Assembly: GCA_026985555.1 (NCBI GenBank)
Contig: JALSQF010000010.1
Location: forward strand, 161,163 to 225,162
DNA length: 64,000 bases
Source of the DNA: Candidatus Moraniibacteriota bacterium
GTDB taxonomy: Bacteria; Patescibacteriota; Minisyncoccia; Moranbacterales; UBA9337
Reading direction: 5' to 3'
A program made the position numbers and the translations under genes. Below are positions 38,569 through 49,679 of this stretch, piece after piece (positions within the stretch are counted from its first letter, which is position 1; each line of letters opens with the position of its first letter). The notes under the pieces are model-generated. The model did no database searches. It had not been told where the DNA came from and saw only the letters and a list, made by a program, of their open reading frames with translations.

Positions 38569-39831
38569 TTAACTTATTGCTAGTAAAACTAGCAATAAAG
38601 GAAAAATGTGAACAGAGTATAAAGCAGTTTCAAAAAAAGAGTGAAAACTAAAAGCTACTAAAGACAATAAAACACCTAATGCTATTAAGTTATTATTTTT
38701 AAAAAATTTATTATAATTGATTAAAAAAGAACTTATTATAATACCTGTCCAAGAGATAATACCAATTATTCCCAACTCTGACCAAATATCAAAGTAAAGA
38801 TTATGCGCATAAATAGGTTCTCTATAACTAGCTGAGGGTTTTACGCTTAAAGAATAATTTCCTATTCCTACTCCCCATCCACCATAATTTTTAATAATTT
38901 TTATGGCTTGTTGCCAATTATAAAGACGTTCTGCATTAGATCCTTCACTAAGATTAAAGGAGCTAATCAATCTATGATTTAAAGGAGATATTAACAACAA
39001 AATCAAAACAATAGCCAAAAAAGAAAGCCAGGGTTTCTTTTTTTGGAAAAATAAGTTTTTATAATAATCTTTTTTTATTTTTAAAACATTAATTAAAAAA
39101 AATAAAAATAAACTACCTAAAAAACCAAAATAAGCTCCGCGAGAAAAAGTTAAGATTAAAGCTAAAAAAATCATTAAAGTTATTCCTCCATAAATTTTTT
39201 TATGAGTTGTTAGAAAAAGAACACCAGCTAAAAAAAATGTCATCTCCCAATAAAAACCAGCAATATGTGGATCAGGAAAAAAAGCAATAGCGCGAAAAAT
39301 AGTTTCTCCTTTTATATTAACTAACCAGCTAGAATACTCTAAAACACTTTCACCAAAATTTTTTCCTAGAAAAAAAACGCTTATTTTTCTCCAAAAAATT
39401 AGCCATTTATCTAAACCTAACAAAAACTGCATAAAAAACTGACCTATTCCAATCATTGCGCTTAATCCACTTCCTAAAACAATAGCTTTTAAAATTTTTT
39501 CATTATTTTTTTTATCAAAAATAACCAAATGATTTATAATAAAATAAAGAGGTATCCAAGAAAAAAGAAAAAAAATTTTTCTCCAGCTCCAACTCAAATT
39601 ACTAGTAAAAAATAAAGAAAGAAAAATACTTATAATAAAAGAAAAAAAGAAAAAAAATTGTTTATCCCAACGTAAAAAAATTTTCTTTTTGAGTAAAGAT
39701 TGAATTAACCAAAAAAGAAGCAAAAACAAAACCAACAATCTTCCCCAAATTAAATCAACTCCTTCCAATGGATTAAGCGCCCACTGAAAAGGTAAGAAGA
39801 AAAGAAAAAACAAAAGAATTTTTAATAACAT
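38569..39831 (-). CDS. O-antigen ligase/polymerase family protein
   Basis: Polytopic; LTFSRGAY, GVGIGNY, AHNLYFDIWSELGIIG. Confidence 0.88.
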   Translation of the reverse strand: MLLKILLFFLFFLPFQWALNPLEGVDLIWGRLLVLFLLLFWLIQSLLKKKIFLRWDKQFFFFFSFIISIFLSLFFTSNLSWSWRKIFFLFSWIPLYFIINHLVIFDKKNNEKILKAIVLGSGLSAMIGIGQFFMQFLLGLDKWLIFWRKISVFFLGKNFGESVLEYSSWLVNIKGETIFRAIAFFPDPHIAGFYWEMTFFLAGVLFLTTHKKIYGGITLMIFLALILTFSRGAYFGFLGSLFLFFLINVLKIKKDYYKNLFFQKKKPWLSFLAIVLILLLISPLNHRLISSFNLSEGSNAERLYNWQQAIKIIKNYGGWGVGIGNYSLSVKPSASYREPIYAHNLYFDIWSELGIIGIISWTGIIISSFLINYNKFFKNNNLIALGVLLSLVAFSFHSFFETALYSVHIFPLLLVLLAIS

Positions 39832-39844
39832 ATTTTTTCATTAA

Positions 39845-42163
39845 CTAATTTTCTTCCCATAAACAACTAATAAAATTATCTTGATTTAAAACAGTCCGCC
39901 AGTCAAGTTTATTTTGACTAGATTTAAGCTGCATTGATTTCCATTTTAATTTCCATTCTAAAGGATATTTAAGTTGAAAGCTAAAATCACTTTGAATTCC
40001 AGCTTGTTTTTGAACTAAAAGAGAATAATAATTATTTTTATCGGTTAAGTTTACATAAAAAGGTAACTGATATTTATAATGCACAGTCACTTTTTCCCCT
40101 GGACTAACATAAACCCAGTTAGCCAAAACAGTTTTCCCGCTATCTTCATAAACATAAGTACCACTTTTTTTATCCCTTTTTATGTTTTTTTCTTCATTCA
40201 AAACATCTTTATCAATTTTAAATTTTCTAGAATCATATTTTAAAGAAGGTAATTTTTCTTTAGTTTGTCCTTCTGCTAAAATTAATTTTGACCCTAAAGG
40301 AATATATACTCTCAAATAATCAGCATTCACCTTATTCCACCATTCATAAAAACTGTTTTTACCCTGATGTTCCCTAATAATAAATAAATCATTTATTATT
40401 GATCCATCTGATCGGACAGAAACCATCTGTTTTATTTTTTGTTTTATAACGCCATCTGTTTTGTAACCATTAATATTACTATTTATTACATTTAAATAAT
40501 CTTTCTGAGTTTCTTTAATTTTTCCTCCCCATCCTTGAGAAATAATTATTTTTTCTAAATCATTATTTTTAGAATAAATTAAAATATCTTTTTCTTTTAG
40601 AGATTCTAATAAAACCGGAATAATCTTTATCGTCTCTTTCATATTCTCTGCTTGAAATATCTTTTTTAAAATAATTTGAGATAAGGTTCCTAAAATTTTT
40701 TTAGGACGATTTTCATTTTTATCATATCCAATTTCAACTTCAGTTTGAAGCATTTTTAAAAAATTATCATTGCTAATATAAATATCATATTGAGATAAAT
40801 AAATTGGACCAGTTATTTTTAAAAGTTTTTTTAAAACATCAGGCGTAATAGCAATTACTCCATCTACAGTTGGCCCTCCAGTTTTTTCATAAAATACCAT
40901 CGCTTTTTCTGCTGACTTAGGAAAATCTGGCCACCAATTACTATCATGTAAACTCCAAGCTTTACTGATTTTTTGAATAGGACGAGGAGGAATTATATTA
41001 TCTTTAAGTTGACCATCTGGATTAAAAATTCCTTCAATAAAAAATTTTTCTATCTTTCCATTTTTTACATTTAATAAACCATAACTGCCAATAAAACCTC
41101 CTGTGGCTCTAATTTCTTGATTGTTTTGAAAAAGAAATAAATATTTACGTGGCCCATTTTTTCCTAATAGATCTTCTAATATATAACTATTATTCACAAA
41201 GAAATCAGTTGTTTTCTGAGCTATTTTTATTTGTCTTTTTATTTTAATTAAAGTTACTTGTTTTTCATTAGGCAAATCACTAATTTCTACTTTCTTTAAG
41301 CGTTGATTAGCTTTCTCCAAGTGTTGATTAGCATTTTTTATTTGTTTTTCTGTCTTTTGAAAAAAACTTAACCAAGAAAAATTTTTAAAATCATTATTTT
41401 CATTTAATTGATTAAGTTCTTGTAAATAACTAGATATTTCTTTTCCTGCTGTAGCTAATTCTTTGCCTGCTTGTAACAAATTATAACCAGAAGAAAGACG
41501 AGAAAAATAAGGAAGATAAGCAGAAATAGCCAAAATTGGCTTTCCTAATTTTTCTAACTCCTGACTAGCTAATTCAAATTCTTTTGCAGATTCCTCTAAT
41601 TTTTCACTAGAAGAAATAAAGTTTTTTCTTTTTATATCTTCTAAAGCTATTTTTGTTTCCTGATAAGCATGATCACTTATGCCTAAAACCCTTCCTTGAA
41701 TTTTCTTCATTTTTTTATAATAAAAAAAACTTCCTGATAATATAACTAAAAAGATTAAGAAAAATACCATTTTTTTTCTTAGTTTCATAAAGATCTTCAA
41801 TCTGTTTACTAGTTGTTTTAAAAATTTTAATGCCAAAATATTTTTTTGATAAGAATGCGTTTGCTTTAATTTTTCTGAATTTAAGAATTTTTTTTGAAAA
41901 TTTTTCTTTGTTTTATGACTAATAATTTTTTTTTGTTTTTCTTTTGAATATTTTTCTAAAGTTTTTTTGGAATTATTTTTTTTAGAAGAAGTTTTAACAA
42001 TATCCATCTTTTTACTTGAAGACAATTTTAGTTTTAAAAAAAACTTTTCCCTTGAAGTTTCTTTCTTAATAACTTTTTCCTTCCTTTCTTTTGCTTTAAT
42101 TCTATCAGAATAATGTCGGGAAGAAGATTGAATATCTAATATTTTATATTTTTTTCTTTTCAT
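39845..42163 (-). CDS. DUF4012-like membrane-anchored protein
   Basis: YLFLFQNNQEIRATGGFIGSY, DSNWWPDFP, VDGVIAI, QKQAG. Confidence 0.8.
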   Translation of the reverse strand: MKRKKYKILDIQSSSRHYSDRIKAKERKEKVIKKETSREKFFLKLKLSSSKKMDIVKTSSKKNNSKKTLEKYSKEKQKKIISHKTKKNFQKKFLNSEKLKQTHSYQKNILALKFLKQLVNRLKIFMKLRKKMVFFLIFLVILSGSFFYYKKMKKIQGRVLGISDHAYQETKIALEDIKRKNFISSSEKLEESAKEFELASQELEKLGKPILAISAYLPYFSRLSSGYNLLQAGKELATAGKEISSYLQELNQLNENNDFKNFSWLSFFQKTEKQIKNANQHLEKANQRLKKVEISDLPNEKQVTLIKIKRQIKIAQKTTDFFVNNSYILEDLLGKNGPRKYLFLFQNNQEIRATGGFIGSYGLLNVKNGKIEKFFIEGIFNPDGQLKDNIIPPRPIQKISKAWSLHDSNWWPDFPKSAEKAMVFYEKTGGPTVDGVIAITPDVLKKLLKITGPIYLSQYDIYISNDNFLKMLQTEVEIGYDKNENRPKKILGTLSQIILKKIFQAENMKETIKIIPVLLESLKEKDILIYSKNNDLEKIIISQGWGGKIKETQKDYLNVINSNINGYKTDGVIKQKIKQMVSVRSDGSIINDLFIIREHQGKNSFYEWWNKVNADYLRVYIPLGSKLILAEGQTKEKLPSLKYDSRKFKIDKDVLNEEKNIKRDKKSGTYVYEDSGKTVLANWVYVSPGEKVTVHYKYQLPFYVNLTDKNNYYSLLVQKQAGIQSDFSFQLKYPLEWKLKWKSMQLKSSQNKLDWRTVLNQDNFISCLWEEN

Positions 42164-42181
42164 TATTCTTAAATAAGAAAA

Positions 42182-43318
42182 TTATTTTTCATTTTTTTTA
42201 AAACCGGAATAAACCTTAAAAGTATCTAACGCTGTTTTTTTCCAGTTGTATTTTTTAATTTGTTCTTTGCCTTTTTCTTTTAGCTTATTCCTTAATTTAA
42301 CATTTTTTATTACATTAATCATTACTTCAACCATATTGTCAACATCCTTTCCATTAAAATATACAACACTTTCCCCTAATATTTCTTGCATACAACCATG
42401 CTGAGAAGAAATTACGGGTAAATTTTCGGCCATAGCTTCTAGGGGTGGCAATCCGAAACCTTCATATAAAGACGGGAAAATAAACAAGTCTGCTTTTTGA
42501 TAAATCGTCTTTAGTTCCTTATCCGTAAGTGTATCAACTATTATAATTGAATCTATTTTTTTTAACTTAATATACTTTTTTAACCGCTGATAAAAAAAAT
42601 CATTTTTTCCAACTAATACTAGCGAATATTGAGGAAATTGTTTTTTAAAAATTTGAAAAGCATCTACTAATCTTTCTAAGTTCTTATGCGGATAAGCATT
42701 ACCCACATAAAGCAAATAAGGTATTTTTATTGCATATTTTTTTTTAAGATAACTAAATTTTTCCTTTTTTATAAAAATAGAAGGAGCTTCATAAATAACT
42801 TTTATTTTACCAGCTATTTTATTACCAAAATATTTTTTAATATCATTAGCAGTAAAATTAGAAATAGTTATAATTTTTTGCGCTTTCTGAATAATTTTCT
42901 TCATCATCCAATGATAAGTTTTGTATTTTATCTTATACCAAAGCCAATTGTGAGTAGAATTTTTATGAGTAGGAAAATGAAACAAAGTTAAATCATGAAT
43001 AGTGACTATAAATGATCTTTTATACATTAATGGCACATTAAAATGAAGAAAATGAACTAGATCACATTGTAATTTATAGAGCAATCTAGGAAAAAAAATT
43101 TGTTCTTTTAAAGAATACCAAGGAAAATCAGCTAATACTTTTTGAAAATTTTTATTACTTGGATGATAATCTGAATAATTATCTTTTCTTAAAAAAATAA
43201 AATAGTGATTTTTTTTATCTATTTTCTCTAATTCCTGTATCAATTTTTCTGTATAACGTCCTAACCCTTTGTTTTTTGCGCCATAAAAACGTGCGTCAAT
43301 TCCAATTTTCATTTTCAT
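42182..43318 (-). CDS. Glycosyltransferase family 4
   Basis: IGIDAR, VTIHDL, FPSLYEGFGLPPLEAMA. Confidence 0.92.
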   Translation of the reverse strand: MKMKIGIDARFYGAKNKGLGRYTEKLIQELEKIDKKNHYFIFLRKDNYSDYHPSNKNFQKVLADFPWYSLKEQIFFPRLLYKLQCDLVHFLHFNVPLMYKRSFIVTIHDLTLFHFPTHKNSTHNWLWYKIKYKTYHWMMKKIIQKAQKIITISNFTANDIKKYFGNKIAGKIKVIYEAPSIFIKKEKFSYLKKKYAIKIPYLLYVGNAYPHKNLERLVDAFQIFKKQFPQYSLVLVGKNDFFYQRLKKYIKLKKIDSIIIVDTLTDKELKTIYQKADLFIFPSLYEGFGLPPLEAMAENLPVISSQHGCMQEILGESVVYFNGKDVDNMVEVMINVIKNVKLRNKLKEKGKEQIKKYNWKKTALDTFKVYSGFKKNEK

Positions 43319-44144
43319 AATTTTGGAATTTTTGATGAGGTAAATATTTTTTAGTAAAATTTAATGAATCATATACATTGGCTTCTGGTTCTACTTCAAT
43401 CTTAAAAACATTACCAGGAAAACTTCTGGGCCAAATTAAACGAAAATCACGTTCTTCTCCAGCAGTCAACGTATTCATTTGAGTACTATTAACTGCTAAT
43501 ATATCTCCTGCTTTATTTTTTAAAACCACTTTAACTATCACAGAATTAAAATCAAAAGGACTATCGTTTTTTACTAGACCATACACTGCTCCAAAAACTT
43601 CTGGAGAATTTACTTTTTCATAACGTTTTTGATAAACATTTAATTGTGGTTTTTCATTATATTGAGTAAATTCTTTCCAATCATAGTTTTCAAAAGTTAC
43701 TTTCATTTTATGAGGTAAATAATCGTTTTTTATCTTTAAATTAGTTTCTATTAAATATTTTTCCTCTCTAGGTAAAATAAAACTATAACCTGAACGAGAG
43801 ACTAACACTTTATTATTTGCATCTAAAAGTTTTACATTATAACGAAAACTTTTTGCTCCGTATTGTTCATTAGGATTTTTTATTTTAATAGCTACATCAT
43901 ACATTTTTGGACTACTATTAATAAATCTCTGCTTTTCAATCTCTAAATCCTTTGCTTTAATAACAACTGGACAAGCTTTGCATGGTCCTCCACAGTCAAT
44001 TTCCTCTTCTCCTTGATTCTTTTTTCCATCATGACAAGTTGGGCTAGGACGAAAAATCCAATAAAACAAAGAAGCTATTAAAGAAAAGATAAAAATATAA
44101 ATTATAATTATAGCTAATCTCTTAGTTTGTCTTTTTTCTAGCAT
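43296..44144 (-). CDS. Membrane-anchored protein with a Cys-rich CxDGxxNQGEExIDCGGPC motif
   Basis: TM, Cys motif, two beta-sandwich-like domains. Confidence 0.75.
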   Translation of the reverse strand: MLEKRQTKRLAIIIIYIFIFSLIASLFYWIFRPSPTCHDGKKNQGEEEIDCGGPCKACPVVIKAKDLEIEKQRFINSSPKMYDVAIKIKNPNEQYGAKSFRYNVKLLDANNKVLVSRSGYSFILPREEKYLIETNLKIKNDYLPHKMKVTFENYDWKEFTQYNEKPQLNVYQKRYEKVNSPEVFGAVYGLVKNDSPFDFNSVIVKVVLKNKAGDILAVNSTQMNTLTAGEERDFRLIWPRSFPGNVFKIEVEPEANVYDSLNFTKKYLPHQKFQNYENENWN

Positions 44145-44222
44145 ATTTTTTAATTTTGATATATAATTTTAATAATTACTATTGAATTATACACTATTTA
44201 ATAAAAATAATAAAATAAAAAT

Positions 44223-44921
44223 ATGACATTACATTTATTCAACAATCTTAAAGAACGTGACAAAAGCGAATCCATTAAAGATCTTATTGCTGATAGTTCT
44301 CCTCGGCAAGATTTTTTCTTAATGGTTATTCTTTCTGTGTTGATGGCTAGTTTTGGTCTATTAATTGACGATACGGCCGTCATTATTGGCAGTATGCTAG
44401 TTGCTCCCATTCTTTCCCCTGTCTTAAGTTTATCTCTCGGTATTGTTATTGCTGATTATCGCTTAATTTCTAGATCTTTCTATACAATTTTAAAATCTGT
44501 CATTTTTGGAATTATTTCTGCTACATTAGTTACTTGGCTTTTTAACTTTAACTCTAACTATCACGAAACTGCTTCTATAATTGCTCGTACAAAACCAAGT
44601 TTAATTTATGCAAGTATTGCTTTTGTAGCAGGATTAGCTGCTTCTTTTGCTAGAATTAAACCACAATTAAGTGAAACTCTTCCAGGCGTAGCTATTTCTG
44701 TAGCTCTTATTCCGCCTATTGCTGTTACTGGCATAGGCATGGCTCATTTAGATTGGAATGTTATTTCTGGATCATTTCTTTTATTTTTTTTAAATACAAT
44801 GGGAATAGTTTTTGCTAGTATGATAGTATTTTCTTTGATGAATTTATACGTAAAAAAGAAAATAATAGATCGCGCTATAAAAAAAGAAGAAGCCGCTTTA
44901 GAAGCAGAAAAAAATAAATAA
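44223..44921 (+). CDS. DUF389/TIGR00341 membrane protein
   Basis: VIIGSMLVAPILSP, LPGVAISVALIPP. Confidence 0.88.
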   Translation: MTLHLFNNLKERDKSESIKDLIADSSPRQDFFLMVILSVLMASFGLLIDDTAVIIGSMLVAPILSPVLSLSLGIVIADYRLISRSFYTILKSVIFGIISATLVTWLFNFNSNYHETASIIARTKPSLIYASIAFVAGLAASFARIKPQLSETLPGVAISVALIPPIAVTGIGMAHLDWNVISGSFLLFFLNTMGIVFASMIVFSLMNLYVKKKIIDRAIKKEEAALEAEKNK

Positions 44922-44995
44922 GAATTAAAAAATATGTTATGGCTTTTTCTCTAATATAAATATAATGTTTTATAAAAAATCAGAAATAACTAATT

Positions 44996-46858
44996 TTAAT
45001 TATTTTCCTTTACTTGTTTAATAAGATTTCTAATTTTATTTGTATCTAAAGATAATTTTTTCTTTTTTTTAATACTTTTGGGGGCAATATGTTGAATTTG
45101 ATTAAGCGAAATCGGTTTATCTTTTGAAGTATATACTTGCATTTCTACTTCCTTTTTCTTTTTTAAATCAGATGGCTGGCTATTAAATTTCTTTTCAGAT
45201 TCCTGTTGTTCCCGTTTCTTTTTTTGAATATTTTTTTTATAAGTTAGCTCTCTTTGATATTCTTTTAAACAATCTTTACAAAAAGTAGGCCGTTTTCCAT
45301 CAGGCTTAAAAGGAACTTCAATTTTAATACCACAAGAATCACATACTGCGGGATATTTTTCTTTCTTATCATTGTCTTGTTGTAAATTATCTTTTTGAGA
45401 AGTATTTTTTGCTACTTTTTGTTGTTTATTCTTTAAATTTTCTTTTGACTTTATATTTTTTTTATTCTGAGTAGTATTGTCTTCGTCATTCTTATCCTTT
45501 TTTTCTTTCTGTGAAACTACGTTTTGTTCTTGTGCTTTTTGATGATTTTTATTAGATAATTGCTTATCTTTTTTTTGCTTATTTAAAACTCCACTCCAAC
45601 GAGCAATTTTATCTTCCACTTCATCTTTACTACTGGCATAACGTTCACGTGAAATTCTAATAATTTTTTCTTCATTTCCTTCTGTTTTGGTTAAATCTAC
45701 CGGTGGCAAGGTTACAGCAGAAAAGGCATCTCCTGCTATTCCATCTATCATTAACTTTAAATAAATATGATATTTAGGCAAATTAACTAGATCGTTTTCA
45801 GTAAAAACTGGAGCAAATTCTTTTTCAAGAAATTCAGCATCGCTAGCACCCACACGAAAAGAAATAATTGTTCCAGCATTTCCAAAAATAGAATCCCTCA
45901 CGGTCTCATCTAATTGAGAAATGTATTGATTAGCTAAAATCAAATTCAATCTATATTTGCGTGCCTCTGATAAAATTCCTGCAAATGATTCAGTAGCGAA
46001 ATTTTGAAATTCATCTACATAAAGATAAAAATCTTTTCGCTCATCTTCTTCAATATCAACTCGTCCCATCGCTGCTAATTGAATTTTAGTAATCATCATT
46101 GCTCCTAATAAAGCACTCGCGTCTTCCCCTATTCTGCCTTTAGATAAATTCATAATTAATATTTTTTCACTATCCATAGCTTTTCTTACATCAAAAGAAG
46201 ACTTTGTTTGACCAACTATATTTCTAATTAAAGAACTAGAAATAAATTGTCCTACTTTGTTTTGAATAGGTGAAATCACTTCTTGCAATACTCGTTCATT
46301 CCATTTACTAAATTCATCCACCCAAAAAGCTTTCACCACCGGATCTTTCACTTTTTCAATTACTCTTTGACGATATTTTTTATCTGTTAAAATACGCGTT
46401 ACACCTAATAATGTAGAACCAGGATATTCCAACAGAGCTAAAATAGCATTACGTAATATATATTCCAAACGTGGTCCCCATGAATCAGCCCAAATTTTTT
46501 TAAAAACACCTACTAATCCTGAAGCTACTAGATGCCTATATTTAGGATCAACTTTTTCCATCACGTTAAAAGCAATAGGATAATCCTGATCAGCAGGATT
46601 AAAATAAATAACATCATTAATTCTATGTGACGGAATAGCTTTAATTAATTTTTCTGCCGTATCACCATGAGGATCAATGTAACAAGCCCCTTTTCCATTA
46701 TGAATATCTTGAATTATCATATTTTCTAAAAGATTAGTTTTTCCCATTCCCGTTTTCCCAATCGCATAAATATGCCTTCTTCTATCATCGGTTTTAATTC
46801 CAAAGGTTACTTCTTGATTGCGAAAATTAGTTTTAGCAAAAAAATTAATTTCACTCAT
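44996..46858 (-). CDS. TrwB/TraD/HerA-like ATPase with a C-terminal CxxC-x17-CxxC domain
   Basis: GKTGMGKT, IDPHGD, LYVDEFQNF, SEARKYRL; CDSCG...VPFKPDGKRPTFCKDC. Confidence 0.85.
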   Translation of the reverse strand: MSEINFFAKTNFRNQEVTFGIKTDDRRRHIYAIGKTGMGKTNLLENMIIQDIHNGKGACYIDPHGDTAEKLIKAIPSHRINDVIYFNPADQDYPIAFNVMEKVDPKYRHLVASGLVGVFKKIWADSWGPRLEYILRNAILALLEYPGSTLLGVTRILTDKKYRQRVIEKVKDPVVKAFWVDEFSKWNERVLQEVISPIQNKVGQFISSSLIRNIVGQTKSSFDVRKAMDSEKILIMNLSKGRIGEDASALLGAMMITKIQLAAMGRVDIEEDERKDFYLYVDEFQNFATESFAGILSEARKYRLNLILANQYISQLDETVRDSIFGNAGTIISFRVGASDAEFLEKEFAPVFTENDLVNLPKYHIYLKLMIDGIAGDAFSAVTLPPVDLTKTEGNEEKIIRISRERYASSKDEVEDKIARWSGVLNKQKKDKQLSNKNHQKAQEQNVVSQKEKKDKNDEDNTTQNKKNIKSKENLKNKQQKVAKNTSQKDNLQQDNDKKEKYPAVCDSCGIKIEVPFKPDGKRPTFCKDCLKEYQRELTYKKNIQKKKREQQESEKKFNSQPSDLKKKKEVEMQVYTSKDKPISLNQIQHIAPKSIKKKKKLSLDTNKIRNLIKQVKENN

Positions 46859-46915
46859 AAATTTAAAATTTGAAAAGTTAAAAAATAGTGATTAAAACTT
46901 TCATTATAAATTAAG

Positions 46916-48193
46916 TTACGAAACGGGAAGATTAACTGGAGCGCCTCCTTTTTTACTCTCCACCTTACGCAAAGAAGGTGCCACCACTGACATATCTGGA
47001 AAATGAAAAAGCGTGGCTAATTCTTCAGTGTTTAATATAAATCTAACACTATAACGTTGATTGCTCCTACTACGATAACGATTAAAAATTCTTCTTTGAC
47101 GATATAACATTCTTTGTTCCTTCATTAAATAATTAGCATAAGTTTTTGATTCATCGTTGGGCTTAAAGCCATTTAAATTTTGATCCTGAAATTGCTTTAA
47201 CGCTCCCATAAAATTAGTTACATTACTTTTGTCAAAATTTTCTTTTTTTCCTACATAAACAAATCTCATTTTAGTCTTAAAAACATTTTTTCCTATCATA
47301 CTTTCTACTGCTTTAACAACTTCTTTTTCTCCCGGTGTCATTTTAAATTCTAAAGGAACATCATCTTTTGCTTCTTTTTTGCTAGACATTTCTTCTATTT
47401 TTTCCGGAGACAATATACCTGTAAAAATTCCTTTTACAATATCAGATAAATCTTCTTTTAGCTGAGTTAAAGTATTTTTAGGTTTAGTTTTTCTTCCTGT
47501 AATTTCCTCTACCAATTCACGTCCTGTATTACTCCAAGTTTCTTTTTCTGGAGCAATAATAATTTGAAACCAAATTTTTTGTCCATATTCTAATTTACTA
47601 ATACCCTCAATTATAGAAGCTAAAGGATCAATCATTGTTCCGGTTATATCTTCTTCAAAATAACGATAAGTAACTATAGGATAAGGATCTGGCTTAACTA
47701 ATTCCATTTCTGTTCCCCAAATGTCCCACTCTTTATCTGGAATAGTTTTAGGAACATCTTTTACATAATCATTTACTTCTCTAATTTCTGCGCTTGGATA
47801 ATGAGCATAAATATTAGATTCTATTAAATTACGAAAATTTTTAGGAGTACGAATATAAAAATGTGCTATTCCACTGTCTCCCACGATTTCCAAACTAAAA
47901 CTAGGATTAAATTTCCCCAAAGCTAATTCATCAAAAGCATTGTGTGTTATAGCTGTAGCATGAATTCCATTGTATAATGCTTCCATTGGGCGAGGGCTTT
48001 TTTCTATATCAGCAGGAGGGATTATTTCTAACAAAATATATTCCAATGTTCCATAAAATTCATCTTGAGCAAAGTTCATCCACATTGGTTTAAAAGCAGA
48101 ATAAAGACCCACTGGTAAAACAACAAACCAAATTTTTTCAAAAATTTGAAGTATTATTGATAATGATCCAACAATATCTCCCCAAAAATTCAT
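46916..48193 (-). CDS. Membrane-anchored partner of the coupling-type ATPase
   Basis: LLEIIPP, FSLEIV, ILNTEELATLFHFP; directly upstream of the ATPase. Confidence 0.7.
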   Translation of the reverse strand: MNFWGDIVGSLSIILQIFEKIWFVVLPVGLYSAFKPMWMNFAQDEFYGTLEYILLEIIPPADIEKSPRPMEALYNGIHATAITHNAFDELALGKFNPSFSLEIVGDSGIAHFYIRTPKNFRNLIESNIYAHYPSAEIREVNDYVKDVPKTIPDKEWDIWGTEMELVKPDPYPIVTYRYFEEDITGTMIDPLASIIEGISKLEYGQKIWFQIIIAPEKETWSNTGRELVEEITGRKTKPKNTLTQLKEDLSDIVKGIFTGILSPEKIEEMSSKKEAKDDVPLEFKMTPGEKEVVKAVESMIGKNVFKTKMRFVYVGKKENFDKSNVTNFMGALKQFQDQNLNGFKPNDESKTYANYLMKEQRMLYRQRRIFNRYRSRSNQRYSVRFILNTEELATLFHFPDMSVVAPSLRKVESKKGGAPVNLPVS

Positions 48194-48252
48194 TTATTTT
48201 ATTTTTATTCTTTAAACTTTAAATTAATTTCACTTAATTTCTTCTTATATTC

Positions 48253-49383
48253 TTATTGTTTTATTGCTTTTCTTCTTAATAGATAATAACCTTGTTTATT
48301 TTTTGTATTAAAATAATTGCTTAAATTAATATTAATGGTACTAACTTTAACTTGCTTTTGGCTTAAAACTTTTTTTATAATTTCTTCACGAGAAAGAGGT
48401 TGATTAGTTTTTTTTAACACATCTTCTATAATATCTTTTACTGTTCCTTCTTTATATCCCCATTCCGTTAATGCATAAATTCCCCTTCCTATTAAAACAA
48501 ACCTTTTATCTTTAATTAATTCATTATGTACTGTTTGAGGATGACTTTTTCCTTTATTTTTATTTAAACCACTTTTATCAATTAAATTAGCTATTTCTTT
48601 AAAATGGCTAGGGTTATTGTTCTTTTTTAAAACTAGATAAGCCTTTTGTCTTATATTTTTAGGATTAACTTCTTCCCAATTATACAAACCCCAGTCACCA
48701 AAAACATTTTGCTTTATTCTACGAGAAACTTTTAAAAAATTAAATATTTTTTGATTATTTAAATTATTTTTTTCTAATAATCTTTTATTGTTTAATAATA
48801 TTTTCTCATAAGATACTACGGTTCTTTCAGCTTTAAAAAACTTTACTAAAGAATTTTCTACATATTCCCAAAGAGAAAAATCAAAACTAGATTCAATTAA
48901 AGTATCTTTTTCTACCTTATGATTTTTCAATGGAATAATGTCCGTAGAACAACTTAAAAGCAAATCAAAAACATTTTTCCCTCTTTCTCTTTCATTTTCA
49001 GTAAATATTTCTTTCAGTAAATCTTTTTGTCTTATTATACCACTATTTTGAGAAAGTGTAAATCTTAATATTTGATAAACCTTCTTTACTCTAGCTATTT
49101 TTTCTCCTCTATTTTTCTCAATAATTTGTCGTAAAATATTTTGAATAATTTGTCTTACTCGTTCTCTAGTTATATTATTTTTTTTTCCTATTTCAGCTAA
49201 TGTCTGAGGATATTTCGCGTTTATTCCAAAACGTTCTCTAATAATATCTTGTGAACGTTTAGGAAAAACTTCTAACAAATCATCTACTGCTTGAGAAAAA
49301 AAAGACAAAGGAATGGTTTGCTTTCCTTTCTTATTTTTCTTAATATCAATTACTTTTTTATTATACTTATCTTTATTACTCAT
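48253..49383 (-). CDS. Sigma70 region-4 HTH plus HARE-HTH protein
   Basis: RFG...TLAEIGKKNNITRERVRQI; HPQTVHNELIKDKRFVLIGRGIYALTEWG. Confidence 0.82.
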   Translation of the reverse strand: MSNKDKYNKKVIDIKKNKKGKQTIPLSFFSQAVDDLLEVFPKRSQDIIRERFGINAKYPQTLAEIGKKNNITRERVRQIIQNILRQIIEKNRGEKIARVKKVYQILRFTLSQNSGIIRQKDLLKEIFTENERERGKNVFDLLLSCSTDIIPLKNHKVEKDTLIESSFDFSLWEYVENSLVKFFKAERTVVSYEKILLNNKRLLEKNNLNNQKIFNFLKVSRRIKQNVFGDWGLYNWEEVNPKNIRQKAYLVLKKNNNPSHFKEIANLIDKSGLNKNKGKSHPQTVHNELIKDKRFVLIGRGIYALTEWGYKEGTVKDIIEDVLKKTNQPLSREEIIKKVLSQKQVKVSTININLSNYFNTKNKQGYYLLRRKAIKQ

Positions 49384-49679
49384 ATTTATTAAATAATATC
49401 TTTTTTAATTTTTAAATTTAAAATACTTTTAAAATAAGTTAATTTAAAAACCATAACATTAAATAGTAACAAGTTATTATATTTTTGTCAAGTTTTACAC
49501 GATGACCACTGTATAAATAGTTGTGCTAAGTTTTTAAATTAGTTTCTTAAAACTCAACTGTAGCACCAGATAATACTAAATATATTTAATTAATTGGAGA
49601 AAAATTTAGATTTTAAAAAATAACTAATAAAGTGCTACAATAGTTATAATTAAAACTATAATTAATAAAGTATCAAGTT

